A stretch of DNA of 62,629 nt, filler included, from Diploschistes diacapsis (taxonomy: Eukaryota): assembly GCA_023645945.1 (NCBI GenBank). It is 5 parts of 5 records of this genome, joined end to end, with 100 filler letters (N's around TTAATTAATTAA, not from the genome) between each part and the next. Parts side by side here need not be neighbours in the genome. Positions count along the whole stretch, not along the records: positions 12,550 to 24,997 come from JALAIB010000740.1; positions 25,098 to 37,542 come from JALAIB010000741.1; 3 more parts are not named here. One strand, given 5' to 3'. The position numbers were made by a program, and so were the translations under genes. Every line of letters begins with the position of its first letter. Within the stretch, counting starts at the first letter, position 1. Below the pieces are notes generated by a model. That model was not told where the DNA came from and did not search any database. It worked only from the letters and a program-made list of their open reading frames with translations. This document shows, piece by piece, positions 23,019 to 35,506 of the stretch.

Positions 23019-23813
23019 ACTTGCGTCCGACTTTGGCAAGATGGAGTCACGTATTGACGCGTAGATGTTCATGCGAAAATTGGAAAGATGGGTGGTAGAA
23101 TTGTATGCGCTTGAGATACGCCTGTTTTGAGGGCTGATAGCTTGCTAAACACAAGGCGAGATGATGATGGCTTCAAAAGCGCGATGTTGGAGATGAGGGA
23201 AGATAAAACGGGGAGTGAATTGGGGGAGATAAATAAAGATAGAGTCGCGTAGCTCCAAAAAGGGCTTAGTAAGTTAACATGATGCCACCCGACTGCTTGG
23301 CGTCACGTCCCCTCATACCACACATACGAATACTTAATTCTTGAAAATGGGCAGCAAAAGCTGTCAGTTTATCTGACAGCTTGAATATTGATTTGTCTTG
23401 GGATTACACCGCTTCATTCAGACATTTCAGATCCCAAGGGGCTTATCGTCGCTTTTTATCTCTCTCTGATATTTTTTTTGGTCATGTACTATTGGTGTTT
23501 GTTTCCTCCTTGCACCAATGCCACGCGTCAGCGGTACTGGATCTGTCTACGACGTAGCAGCGTTAGATGGATCTTAAATGCGGCTTATTGCACCAGTGGT
23601 TCTCTCGCGGTGACAGAGTCGTGGCTACATGCAAGAGGGCTAGGCAATAGCCTATGCCACGATAAAAGCACGTGCACCCCGATAGGAAGTATGAGCGCTC
23701 TTACCACAGAGTGCTGCAAGATATCGGGGCTTCAAATCAGCCAAGCTCTGTCACTTGAATGGAGCGGTTGAGTAAACCACGTTTTCATACTGGGTGCCTT
23801 TACTTGCAGCCCT

Positions 23814-23851
23814 CAATATAGTATGGGATGGGCAATATAGTATGGGATGGG
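23814..23851. repeat. Perfect 19-bp tandem duplication
   Basis: caatatagtatgggatggg twice. Confidence 0.9.
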
Positions 23852-24997
23852 CTTAAAGCACCTGCGGACTTTCATCTGACTCTCACAGTTTGCTAATATG
23901 GAGCATGCTATTGGGGTCTGAAAGCTGAAACAACCTTGTACCTGACTGAGCCCGTCATGGGACGATCATTGGGCAGTATTGGAATGGCGGATTTGCGTCA
24001 TGGGATGCGGAAGTCCTGCCCTACTCGTCAATACCGACAACTCAGTGTTTCCAAATTCTCGCGTCTATTCAAATTGTTCACTGCCAACGGCTTCGCCTCT
24101 GGTGAACCGTTACACAGCATGATCCTCTGCTTACCCACCCTTACCTCAAGAATTCGTCCGAGGGGAAGTGGTAAGGCTCATGTAGAAAAGAGCCTCGGCC
24201 ACTGTGCAGTCTTTGTTTGGATCTGAGCCCTGAATATGTGCAGGCTTGCTATCTTGATGGTGGGCTGGATTCTCTTTATTGGAAGTATATATAGACTTTC
24301 TTTCCGCCTTCTTCGTACATCTCGTTCACTGTTGCGAGTTTCACCCCTTTCGTTCGTCCCCTAGAGGACACGGGTCATTCTCTTTGCTCCTTTCAAGGAC
24401 GTTGTATTTATTAAATAATTGGGTTCAGATGCTTTTACATGCCAAACCCTTATTCAACGGCTTGTTTCAGGCCTCTTCACAAGCAATTGGGTTTTCGAGC
24501 CAAAGCCATTCATCAAACGTGCCTGTAAAAGGGTTTTCCAAAAGCCACAGCTGTAAAAGTAGAGCATCCCCCATCTTGTTCTCCCTAGATATCAGCAAGA
24601 TACCTAATTTCAGCAAAATTGCTGTTTTCAGATTTTGGAGTGCCTCAACTCCCCCCTCGCCCTGGCGGCCACCGTCGTTGCCCAGACGGCCTCAATCTCC
24701 GTGACCCCTACACGAGCAATTCGGCAGCTCCATCGGCGTACTCGGTTGCATGATTAACACCATCCGCGTCGCCTACTTCCCCTCCCCCTTTTTCATCCAT
24801 TATAAGCTCCATATATTTTTTTATTTTTTGCTAATTTAAACCTAGATATTCTCAATAATAAAGAATACTCTTATCGAGGCGAAAACTCGATCCTTTTCGC
24901 TATCGCTTTACTAAATCGCTCGACGTAACGGCGTCTTTTTTCCTTTCTTTCACGATAAGTTTGGTGGCCGTTCTAAGAAATCTATTAATTATTAATC

Positions 24998-25097
24998 NNN
25001 NNNNNNNNNNNNNNNNNNNNNNNNNNNNNNNNNNNNNNNNNTTAATTAATTAANNNNNNNNNNNNNNNNNNNNNNNNNNNNNNNNNNNNNNNNNNNN
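24998..25097. other. Artificial contig linker
   Basis: 44 N + TTAATTAATTAA + 44 N. Confidence 0.98.
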
Positions 25098-28000
25098 GCC
25101 TCGCTCTTCCTCAAGCGCGCCTCGACCTCCTCCGGATCGACGAACTGGTAGTAGAACTCCAGACTCTTGGGGTTGGCCAGTGTGCCGGAGGGCACGACGC
25201 GCTCGCCGCTGACGATGCGCTTGAGGGGAAGCTCGACCTTTTTGGCGTTGATCGTCATCTGCGGGGTTGCACGTCGGGCCGTCAGCTGGGTGTCGGGCGT
25301 GAGAGGAGCTGGGTATGAATAGGAGAAGGAGAGGAATGGAAACTTGATTTGGGGGGCGGGCGAGTAGGATGAAAAGAATGAGGGGGGGGCGAGGTGGAAG
25401 TGACGGAAAGTTTGAGACCGGAATGGAGGGCCAGATGGGGAGTGAGCGAGGTGATGGGATTAGGGGCTGGAAAGGAGGGGGAAGCGATCAGGAGTAGGAC
25501 TACAGGTTCAATAGAAAAGAACCATGGCGGGGTAGGATAAGGGGGGTTGAAAAAAAGGGGAAAGGCGCCGCATCTGTAGATGAGAGCGAAGCAGCTTATA
25601 AGAGCCGCATATCCTTAGTGGAAGAGAAGAGGGCAGCGACACCATCGAGTTCGATACCCAGTAGTAGCCAAACGGCGACATCTTGAGTGGGGGATGGGAA
25701 GATGCAACTGCAAGCAAAGCTCAAAGCAATAAAGAAAAACTTGCCACTCACAGGAATCTCCCTCGTCTCAAACACAAACCTAGGCACATGCCTCCGACTC
25801 AAGCCCCTCGCAATACTCTCCCTCACCCTCCTCACCAACTGCACATCAAACCTCCTCCCCTCCCTCATCTTCACAAAGAGCAGCACCCTCTCATCCACAT
25901 CCCCCTTCCGCCTCTGTCCCACGCACACGCTGTCCTCGATCTCCCCCGCAAACTCCGCCTCCAGCACCGTGTAGATCTCCGCCGACCCGAACCGCACCCC
26001 GCTCGGGTTCAGCACGCCGTCCGCGCGCCCGAGCAGCACGTAGGCGCGCGTAGCGGGGTCGAGATACAGGAAATCGCCGTGCGTCCAGACGTGCGCAAAG
26101 CGGCTGAAATACGCTTTGCGGTACTTACTACCCTGGGAGGAAGGGATGGCGTCGTCCCAGAAGGAGACGGGCATGGTGAGGAACGGCTTGGGGACGACGA
26201 GGTCGCCCGGTTCCCCGGCTCGCACTTCTTTGCCTGTGGGCGGGTGATCGTCGTCGAGTGTTTGGATGCCCGAGTCGTAGACCCGTACGTCGATGGCCAG
26301 CGTCGCCACCTGGCATCCTCCCGCGTCGTACACGGGGTCGATCGGCGAGCAGTCTACCAGGGGGCCGGCTATGTCTGTTCCGCCGGATATGTTGGCTAGA
26401 TGCACGTGCTTTGGAAAGCCGGTAGAGGAGTAGAACCAGCGGAAGAGTGATTGAGGGAGGACCATCCCCGTGCTTGTGACTACCTTCAGACTCTCGATGC
26501 CGGGGATGCGGTTGGGCACGACGCCGGCAGTTTGGACGGTGGTGAGGTAGCGCGGAGAGACGCCGAAGTAGGTCACACCTTGCTGGCAGGCGAGGTCGAG
26601 GAAGGAGGAAGGATGGGGGTGGAAGGGGGAGCCGTCGTACATTATTAAGCGGGCGCCGAGGAGGAGCGATTGGACTGCTGCTAGGTACTAGAGAATGATT
26701 AGCCAGGTAGTTGGTTTGGTGAGAGGATGAGAGGGAGATTGGGGATACCATGATCCACGAGGTGGTTGTGAACTGTAGAACGCACGTGTTCCGATCGAGG
26801 TTGCGCTGAATGTAGTACTCTTTCCAGCCGGCTACGACGCAGTTACCTGTTCCGTGCACAATGCACTTGGGCGGCCCGGTGGTGCCAGAACTGTAGACTA
26901 TTACGAAACCGGTGGAAAAAGGGACACGGGTGAAGGTGGGCTCGGAGGGAGCAGATTTAATGGAAGCAGCGAGGAACGATGAAAGGCTTTGTAGTTTCTG
27001 GCTGCTGAAAACAGAGACAGGGCGGTCGTGATCGCGAGGCACGCTGACCATTCCCTGAAATTCGGAAACGCCGCTCATGCCATTAATGACTTCCATCATC
27101 TTGCCGCGAAGTTCGATAGAATTGCCGTTGTAGACGGCAGAGTCGTCGACAAAAACCCACTTGGGTTTGATCTGGCGGAGGCGCTCTAGGATGCCGTTGA
27201 TGCCCATGTCTGTGCTGATGGTGCTGAACATTGCCCCCAAGGCAGCCGCTCCCAAACAGATACAAAGAGTATCAATGCTATTGCTCACGACAGCAGCAAC
27301 GCGATCGCCCTGCTTGAGCCCATGGTCCTTGAGGGCGGTAGAGAACAAAGCCACTCTCTTGCGGAGCTCTCGCCATGTCAAAGGCTTGACCGAGGACTGG
27401 CCCTCTCTGACCTCGACAACAGCAACCTTGTCGTCTTCCTTATAGCGCTTCGAGCGAGCCGAACGTGACTTCGAATCGGCCGTGTATAAAATGTTCTCGG
27501 CGTAGTTGAGTTGCAGACCTTCGAACCATCTGGGGATGTCATCCATCCGGGCGCTTGGGTCGACGACCTAAAGTTGTTAAATGAAGGATGGAGGAAGCAG
27601 GTCTATACGTACCCTCGAGTAGCTGCCATTGTAGACGATGGGCAACAACTGCAGACAGTCTTCCCAGAAGTCTGTGTAGCGGTTAATGGAGTACCGGTAT
27701 ATATCCTCGTATTTCTGTTAGTGCCAGTCAGCCAGAACATGACGAGCAGTTTGTGATGTTGAAGAAAGTTGCCCAGATAAGTAGGTAGGATAGGTACAAT
27801 GCTCGAGGCTAGCATTTTCTATCATCTACAACTCTTCATTAAACATTCCGTCGTCTTTCCTAGCCTGATCGAAGCACCCAAAATCATCCAAATTACCCCA
27901 TATAATCCGTATACATCGCCCACCAATTGCCACACACGTTTAAGCAGACTCTTCAAAGCATTTCCAAATTAACCACATGCGTCTCTCCGTAAACAACAAT

Positions 28001-28256
28001 CTCTGCAACTCTCTGTCGACGACCCATACCTCTCGGCACACACTCATCCAGCACCTCTCCATCCGCTCCATCCCTTCGCCATCATCTCCAAGAACATAAA
28101 GAAAGCCTATCCCCTAAACAAGAAACTAAAAACCCAATGAGCACCTACCTGAAGCCCCAAACCCCTCCTCCTCCCCACCTCCACCATGAACCGCCAAAGA
28201 TTCGTCTCCTGTGGCCGCTCCGGTCTCCACAGCACCTTCGCCTGGAAGTCCGCCAT
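25098..28256 (-). CDS. Acetoacetyl-CoA synthetase (last codons lost at contig edge)
   Basis: Exons 28256-28149, 27714-27613, 27567-26749, 26687-25752, 25258-25098; motifs WFEGLQLNYAEN, YSSGTTGPPKCIVH, ISGGTDI, WTHGDF, GRADGVLNPSGVRFGSAEIY, TINAKKVE. Confidence 0.95.
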
Positions 28257-28513
28257 ATCTAAACCGCGTCTGATATATAGTTGCTATTTATGCTGTTTGG
28301 GAAAGCCGATAGGCGAAGGGAACTAATGGATCTTGCTTAATGAGGATGTGAATGGCGATGATGGCTGTAAAGAGAGGTGAGAGTGGAGGATGGTGATATG
28401 GTAAGGCAAAGATATGGTAGCTGGTAAATTTGCTAGTACAATATTTTTATGATGGTCTGATGAGAGAGACTCGGATATCAAGCAAAATTGACTTCACTAC
28501 CCATTCCGCCATT

Positions 28514-28554
28514 CCCTGCCCCTGTCCCTGTCCCTGCCCCTGCCCCTGCCCCTG
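28514..28554. repeat. (CCCTGY)7 hexamer repeat
   Basis: ccctgc/ccctgt units read directly. Confidence 0.9.
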
Positions 28555-29391
28555 GATTGCAGTGCGTGTCGCCAATGCTACACTACCTTTGTACCTTGAC
28601 CAGAATACCCCCCAACTGGATACTCTGCATCCAAGCCCAGCTCATCCGCAATGAGACGAGATGAGGGTATCCTGCCTACTATAGCCGCCGTTGCGCCAAC
28701 TGTGTACCGCTGTATCTCTGTATAGCTTTGTACAACAGTACATAGCAGTAAGCAGGCGTCTCAACAACCATCCATCTAGACTGGACTAATACCGGACTGA
28801 ATTGGACTGGTTAACAGCTCCAAGTTAGGTAAATTGGACGAAGCACGGAGCCGCCAATACAGCCCACAGACATAGACACAGACGCAGACGCAGACGCAGA
28901 CATAAACACGGCATATTCACCAAGACACTCCCATACCCTCCTCGTAATACCATTAGTTAGTTGCAAGATTGGAGAGACATCGATGGAATATCCGGCAAGG
29001 CGCAGAGATCAAGGTTTCTACGCTGTCACTGCAGTGCCTACAGCGTCACAGCATCACGACCATAGTCAAGTACAATAGATGACAGTACCACACCATTCAC
29101 GCACAAGTAATCCGAAAAACATCTCCTGAATGTATTCGAAGTACTCCCGGCCATCTTAACCGCCGTGATAATCACGAGGCTATCAGCTAAGAAAGGCCCT
29201 CGGAGCGATCTGCAAAGCCATGTCCTCTCAAAATAAAAACTTATTTTACAAGAATTGGAGAATCCACAACCAGCAATCCCACACTCACAAACAAGAGCAC
29301 GTCATCTGGCACACTCCGGAGACTCTTCCATACGTCTACCATTAGTTGCAGCTCAGAGCCACAACGACGCTGAAGTGGCTCCCAGCCCAAC

Positions 29392-31013
29392 CTACCCGCG
29401 GTTATGATGGCGGTGCTTCTGCCTACGTCCAGGGACATGCTCGTGGCTATGGTGGCGCTTTTGAACAGGCACGGGGACTGGGGAACCAGCTGCGTCGACC
29501 CACAGCACATCGGTAACAGTGACGACTTCTTGAACTAACGCATCCAGGACACCGTCGGCGAGGAAAGTGGTGGTGGAATAGTGCCGGCCATCGGACGAAG
29601 GTGAGGCTGGTGCATTGGCCATCGGCGTGACGCCAGCAGTCGAGCTCGTTGAACGCGTTGAAGTCGTAGTCGCCACGGTGGTGCTAGAGGGTGCAGGGGC
29701 TTTGACGGAAACGATCTGTGGAGGTGACGGTGCAGCGACAGGCGGGGCCGGCGGACTCTGGACGGGTGCACTGTCCCCTGCTGGGGGTGTGGCGGGGTGG
29801 GGACCGTACTGGATCGGATTGTCGCCCGGCAGTGCGGAGAGGGGACCTTGGATGGCCAACACGTTGGCATTGGCTGGGTGCTTGAGCTTACAAGCTGTCT
29901 GTGCGGCTACGGGTTGCACGTTGAAGACGGGGCATTCGGAGGGAATACCGAGTTTTCCGTAACTCGTCACGGGGTCACCGCAGATTTCCGTCGCCTGTTG
30001 CTGGATATCACCCTCCCAGGCTATGAAGGCATCGCCATGGTAGCCGTACCCCGTGGGATCGCCGTTGGACAAGGTGTAGAAGCCGTTGCGTCCGATGTAA
30101 CTGCCGGTAGGATAGATAGTTTCGTATAGCAGTTGATTAATAACAACGTCGTACCCGGCCGGACAGCTACCCCCATTGGCTCCCGCACTTGAGTATGCCA
30201 CGTGAGACGTGTAGTTTGGAGATGAGCTCGTAAGATCTTCGCCGTTCCAGCAAATGGGAAAAAGAACCTCCAGACGAATTCCATCCGGGCACTTTGTCTC
30301 CATGAACGTCTTACTGGGCAAAAAGTGACGTTTAAGCGTGTCTTCGGGCTGCTGGTTATAATTGAGACAATTAAACCCAATGGCCTTTTGTTGAAGGGCA
30401 TCCTGAGAAATGTCTGCGCCAGACCATGGAAGAGGGGGATCCGGAATGGCAAGAGTGAAATTGCGCCGGAACGTATTTCCCTAAAAAGTATTAATTGCTA
30501 ATCGTTGGCGACTCAAGGGCGGCATATACTCACAGAGAGCATCTTCATGCCATTCGGAATGGCAATCGGGTTGACGTATTGGCCAGAGCTGATGAACGCT
30601 GGGACATACTTGTAATACGTTATATGACCTTCTACCTCCGGCACCATCTCGTATGATTTGTTATCCGTATCATAGAAGTACAGCTGCGGAGACCAGTACG
30701 CGGACTTGTCCTGGGTGATTTCGCATGACGTGCAGTTAGCATTAAGGAGGTCGTCAGTGGTAGAGAACGGCGAGACAGCTAGTTAAGGTCAGTACTATCA
30801 CCTCTTCGGTCTTCGTGGAGCTGCTTGATATCTCCATGAGCTAGACTCGCCTCCAGAACCCTTCAGGGTGTGTTCATGCGCAGAGGTCGTATTCGGAGCA
30901 ACGATTGGGTCAATACGCCCCACCCCGGTCACTCCCATACAGGACATACGCCAGTATGCCCCTATCGGAGTGACCATCAGGCCAAAGTAGAGAATCAATT
31001 GAAGCACCAGCAT
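29392..31013 (-). CDS. Secreted DUF1996-domain protein with Pro/Ser/Thr-rich region and His-rich tail
   Basis: Signal-peptide-like MLVLQLILYFGLMVTPIGA; RIDPIVAP..SAHEH, CTSCEITQDKSAYWSP, CPDGIRLEVLFPICWNG, LSNGDPTGYGYHGD; exons 31013-30851, 30778-30534, 30480-29392. Confidence 0.88.
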
Positions 31014-32935
31014 TTTGCTACTCCAGATACTGCAGACGTACTTCGAATACGGCGTGTACTGTTCCTTAAAGAAATTCCGGTATTCTAGAGAATCGAGCAG
31101 TGTGAATTGAACGCCGTCTAGGCCAATGTGACAACGAAACCGCGCGATAATGACAGTCTGGTAAGCGTCGAAAAAAGCCTCCTGTATCAACGGATCGAAT
31201 GAGGATGAAGAAAGCAAGTCCTGCTCAGGATCAGAGATCACCTTCTCATACAGAGCAAGATGGCTAACTCTTTGGAAATGAGCATCTGCCGTAGTGCTTT
31301 TGTTCACTGCCCGTCCAAATGTCCGCCTTTTCTAACACTTCTACCCAAACGTACCTTTGATCTGAGCAGCGGTCACATATAGTAAATAACAGATGTTACC
31401 GTATCCGCCACAAAACACAGTATGCAAGTAATCACTGCCTTCGAGTGCTATCTATGAACTGCCCTATGTGCACGAATTTCAGAGAGCCTGATGAACACGA
31501 AATCAGCTCGGCAAGAATCGAAGAACAACCATGCAGCTAAAAAAGAAGTCAATCGGCCTACAGTCCTTGCTACAGACTTTAGAGTGTTGAAATTTCCACC
31601 GTTTGGTGGGTCTTTCGCCTTCCCCTGGTTGCGCACAAATAGGCTATGGAGAAGTGAATCTATCAACTTCCAAGTCAAGCAAATCAATGGAATGGTGAAT
31701 AAGTTGGAGATAACGCAAGACGAAATCCGCTGAGCTCACCGCTGCCAACCCACACGACGTGCAGGAATGCAAGGCACGCTAGACAGTTTGCATGCCAGTC
31801 AGAGAAGACTGTGAAATGGGAAAGGAAAGACATATGATGGCCTTGGCAGGACATTGAAGACAAGCGAGGGCACGATCGGGCACGAACCCCCTGACAGATC
31901 ATTGTATCTGCTCTAGGCATGCTGCTGCTCGTGCCTCCAATCTGGTGACCCATTGTTCTCATCCTCTGCCTTCCTGGACCTGCAAAATACGTTGTGGACT
32001 CAGGCCGAAGGGTACATAGCTTCGCCTGTGGTCTGACGGTGGTTGCAAATTTTCAACCAAGAGATCTGGAGGCGAGAGACCTATCCTTCCGCAGCTACTA
32101 CAGTAACCTGCGTGCGTCGGAAAACTGCTAGCTGAGAGAAACGTTTAGGTAAGATGACAGTCGGCGGTTTGAGGCCAATAACCCATAGAACCGTGACATG
32201 AAACGAGGCTTGGTGGAGTGGACCAGTGATGATCGAGCTTAGTCGTAGGCGTCGGTGGATGAGCCTAGCATGCCGGCTCACCTTCCCTGGTCTCTCTTTG
32301 CATTTCGAGAAATGTTCCAAGAATGCTGATGAGTGGGATTTCACGCAAAGGCGAGATCATTCCGTGGGGTTGTGGGTTTGACGGGACTGGGCTAAATGAA
32401 AATAGTAGCACAAAATCCCTGCGTGTGCTAGCTGTTCCCAGGACAAGCGGGACTAACCCTTACTGTGGTAGATATGTATCCAGCAAAGCCAATCATCCAC
32501 CACGACAGCTTCGGCAGCACACAGGCACAACAGGGTTTTTTAATATCTGTAAAACGCATTACAGGATTCAAAAAGTATCATCATCCACGGGAAGATTGCA
32601 GGATCACTGTCAGCGGTGCAACACAGAGCACAGGCAGGCAGGCACCCGACTGGACAGTAGCGGGTCTTGATGAGCCTTGATGAGCGGAGGCCAGGGGGCT
32701 AAGGGTTCATCAGTGCTGTTAGCAGACTGTGCATGGGAAGACGCCCTGTGCGAACTAGCCAGCATCAGGTCCACAAGAGGCAACAATATTAGATATTATT
32801 AGAGCAAAGCAGTTCTATCATCCTAATGCTATGGAGGTATTATAAGCGATTGTGGCCAATCGTTTTCCGAGTAAACGGCTTATGAAGCTTGTGTGACTGA
32901 GTACCAAATCTTCGCTACATCTAGGGAGATTGGAT

Positions 32936-34931
32936 CTATCGGCCACTATTTGGGAAATCCATCCAGGTCCCGTTTGCCTCCCAGATGCCCGCTTGGGTAT
33001 AGTCCGCAGACTGACTGGCTCGCATGTACGCAAACCTAAAGAACTCCCGCTGTCGCGGTTGATGCCTTGTCGCCCTCCATGTAAACGAGTTATTGCCCTC
33101 CCCGATGTACCACCTGTACCTCTCCACGTCGTTGACGAGCAGGCTCAGGCCATCGTAACCTTGCGGAGGCCAATCCCACGAGAAATGAACATATGGCAGT
33201 TCCGGGCTTGCCAGTGTTGTGATGTTGGGCAGCATCGAGTACTGCGGGCCGCCGCTGAAGAGTGCAGCAGACGTCTGCAGGATGGAGTCAAAGCCCCACC
33301 GAGCCACTCCGTTAATGAACAGGCCCAGCAGCAGGCCCTGGTAGAGCAGGCTCGGGCGTGTCTGCATCGATGTTCCGGGTATGAACAGCATTGCAAGGAT
33401 GTAGTGGTGGATACGAAGATTGAGCGTCGGCAGAGCAACGCAAAAGACTAGAAAGGCGCCCATGCCGGCGTACAATGCCAGATAGCGACGGAATCTGCGC
33501 TCAAGACGGAGGTAGTAAATCTGTCCAAGCGCAACAAAGAAAATGAGAAGAACTATGATGATCAACGCAACAACGGCGCCCGGCTGTGCTTGAATATCGT
33601 GCGGCGTAAGCCTCTGGATCGGGATTCCCTTGAACGTGTAGTTGTTCAATGATCCAACCCAAGCTCCGCCAAGCCATAAGATTGTCTTCTCGAGCTGTGC
33701 GGTCAAGCCTGTGAGCGTACGACGAGCGGCGTAGCGGTAAAAGACAAAAGCCACAAAGCATGCGGGAAGGAAACGCGCGACCATAAGGGACGAGAGGGCG
33801 GACCAATCCATGATGTTGGGCTTGTCCGATACGAAGCCAACATGGACGAAGAGCATGGTAAAGATGCTGAAGAAAAAGACAGGCGGAGAGCCGACAAAGA
33901 TGGAGAGAACTGTGGTGAAAGCAACAGTGACGCCAAGAAGTGGCCAGCGCATATCAACCACGCCGCAGTCGGACGAAAGACCAGATAGAAATGTATATGA
34001 CTTTGGGAACTCGGCTTCGAAGTCGATGCTCTGGATGCCGTTGCTGTACGACGCTGGAAATTGGGTCTGGGAGCCCTTCAGAAGTGCAACTCCGCATCCG
34101 CCTTTAATATTGGAGACTACGCCTGCATGTATGGCGGCTTCACATATGAAGGAATCGGCACGATAGATGGGCTCTGCTGTCGAGTTTGCTGGTCCTCCAA
34201 TCACTAATGGCTGGTAGACAACCTCCTCATCCCCAACAGGGTACGGATTAAGCACGAGCGTGTCGGCGCAGCTACCAGAGCACTTGAAGGCGAAGGTTGC
34301 GTCCGCGAAAGGGCGACAGTTGTCCCCGTTAAGTCCACAGTCGTTGCCAGCAGACCTAAACGGATGAGCGAAGCGATAGCTGTATCCCCGTAGGCACTTA
34401 CCAGAAATTTTCCCCACACCAAATTGAAGTCGGAGATCCGTATCCTTCAATATTGCCAGATGCGGCAGAATCTCGGATGATCAAACAAAATGTAAGTAAC
34501 CAAGCCAGGTAAAGCAAGAGCAAAGCGAAGACCTTGTGTATTCGCTTGGGCAATAAATTGTCTACAAGCCAAAGAGGGGCCTCTTGAACAATAGGAAAGA
34601 AGGGCACAATCCGTTGGATTCGGGCTTCTTCAGGGCCATAAGACCACTTGTTGGCGAGTGACGCGTAGTGACCAACGGAACGACCGAATCTGCGCATTGG
34701 CAGAGGTATCCATCTCCAACGGAAGGACTTGGAGGACTCGCGCATCCAGACGGGTAAGGGAAGACGTCCATCCTCGACATCGCTCAGCGGTGGGGACTGG
34801 ACGTGGAAGTCATTGCTTTCTGTTAATGATGGCTCCGGTCCATCGTCCATACGATCCGAATACAGGAGGCTTTCCTCTTCTGGGGGCTGAGACAGAATCC
34901 CGTTGTTCGCATGATGGTCGCTAGGAGTCAT
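32936..34931 (-). CDS. LCCL-domain multi-pass membrane protein
   Basis: Exons 34931-34402 and 34355-32936 (46-nt GTAAGT..TAG intron); LCCL signature YRADSFICEAAIHAGVV..GGC; several TM helices; LNLRIHHYILA, LLVNDVER. Confidence 0.88.
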
Positions 34932-35167
34932 TGTAAAATCCCTGTCGATGTCAGGTTTAGGCAGTGTTCAGAAAGGCTAAAATACAGTTACAAAATCGCA
35001 ATAAACTCGCGATAATATGATTGTATTGAAGGAATATAGTAAATGGTCTTTCATAAATGGATGTGGAAGCTGGTAAGGCTTGTGCTCGCAAGACGTGTTG
35101 TGCCAAGACTCATGAGTGAGATAGACAGTGATCAGAACTCCTCGATTCAGAGAATGAAGTGATGATT

Positions 35168-35193
35168 CGATAGCGATAGCGATAGCGATAGCG
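35168..35193. repeat. (CGATAG)4 repeat in the divergent intergenic region
   Basis: cgatagcgatagcgatagcgatagcg read directly. Confidence 0.85.
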
Positions 35194-35506
35194 CACAGCA
35201 GCTCCGTCAAGCTTCCTCTTCATTCTTTCCATTGGCTACTGCCTCCCGATTCAATTCTATTCTACAGAAGAGGATCTTCTTCAACATGAGGCTGGTGGGG
35301 TATATCCGGGGCCCGAGTCTGACGGGCTACTATGAAGCGGTAATCCTAACAGTCAACTACCGGGCCATTGAGCATCTGCATTGGTAAGCATGGCATTAGT
35401 GTAGTTAATGTAGATACCGTTATCTCCAAAGTCTTTTCGTTAGGCAGCACCATGTCTTGATCTTCTTCACCTTCATATGCTCTCCTCCCTTCTGTTCCCC
35501 GACAAT

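Noticed and set aside
30798..31307. 169-aa ORF as the N-terminus of the DUF1996 protein
   Set aside because: The signal peptide begins at ATG 31013; the upstream extension would bury it, and the ORF's 3' end runs into the intron.
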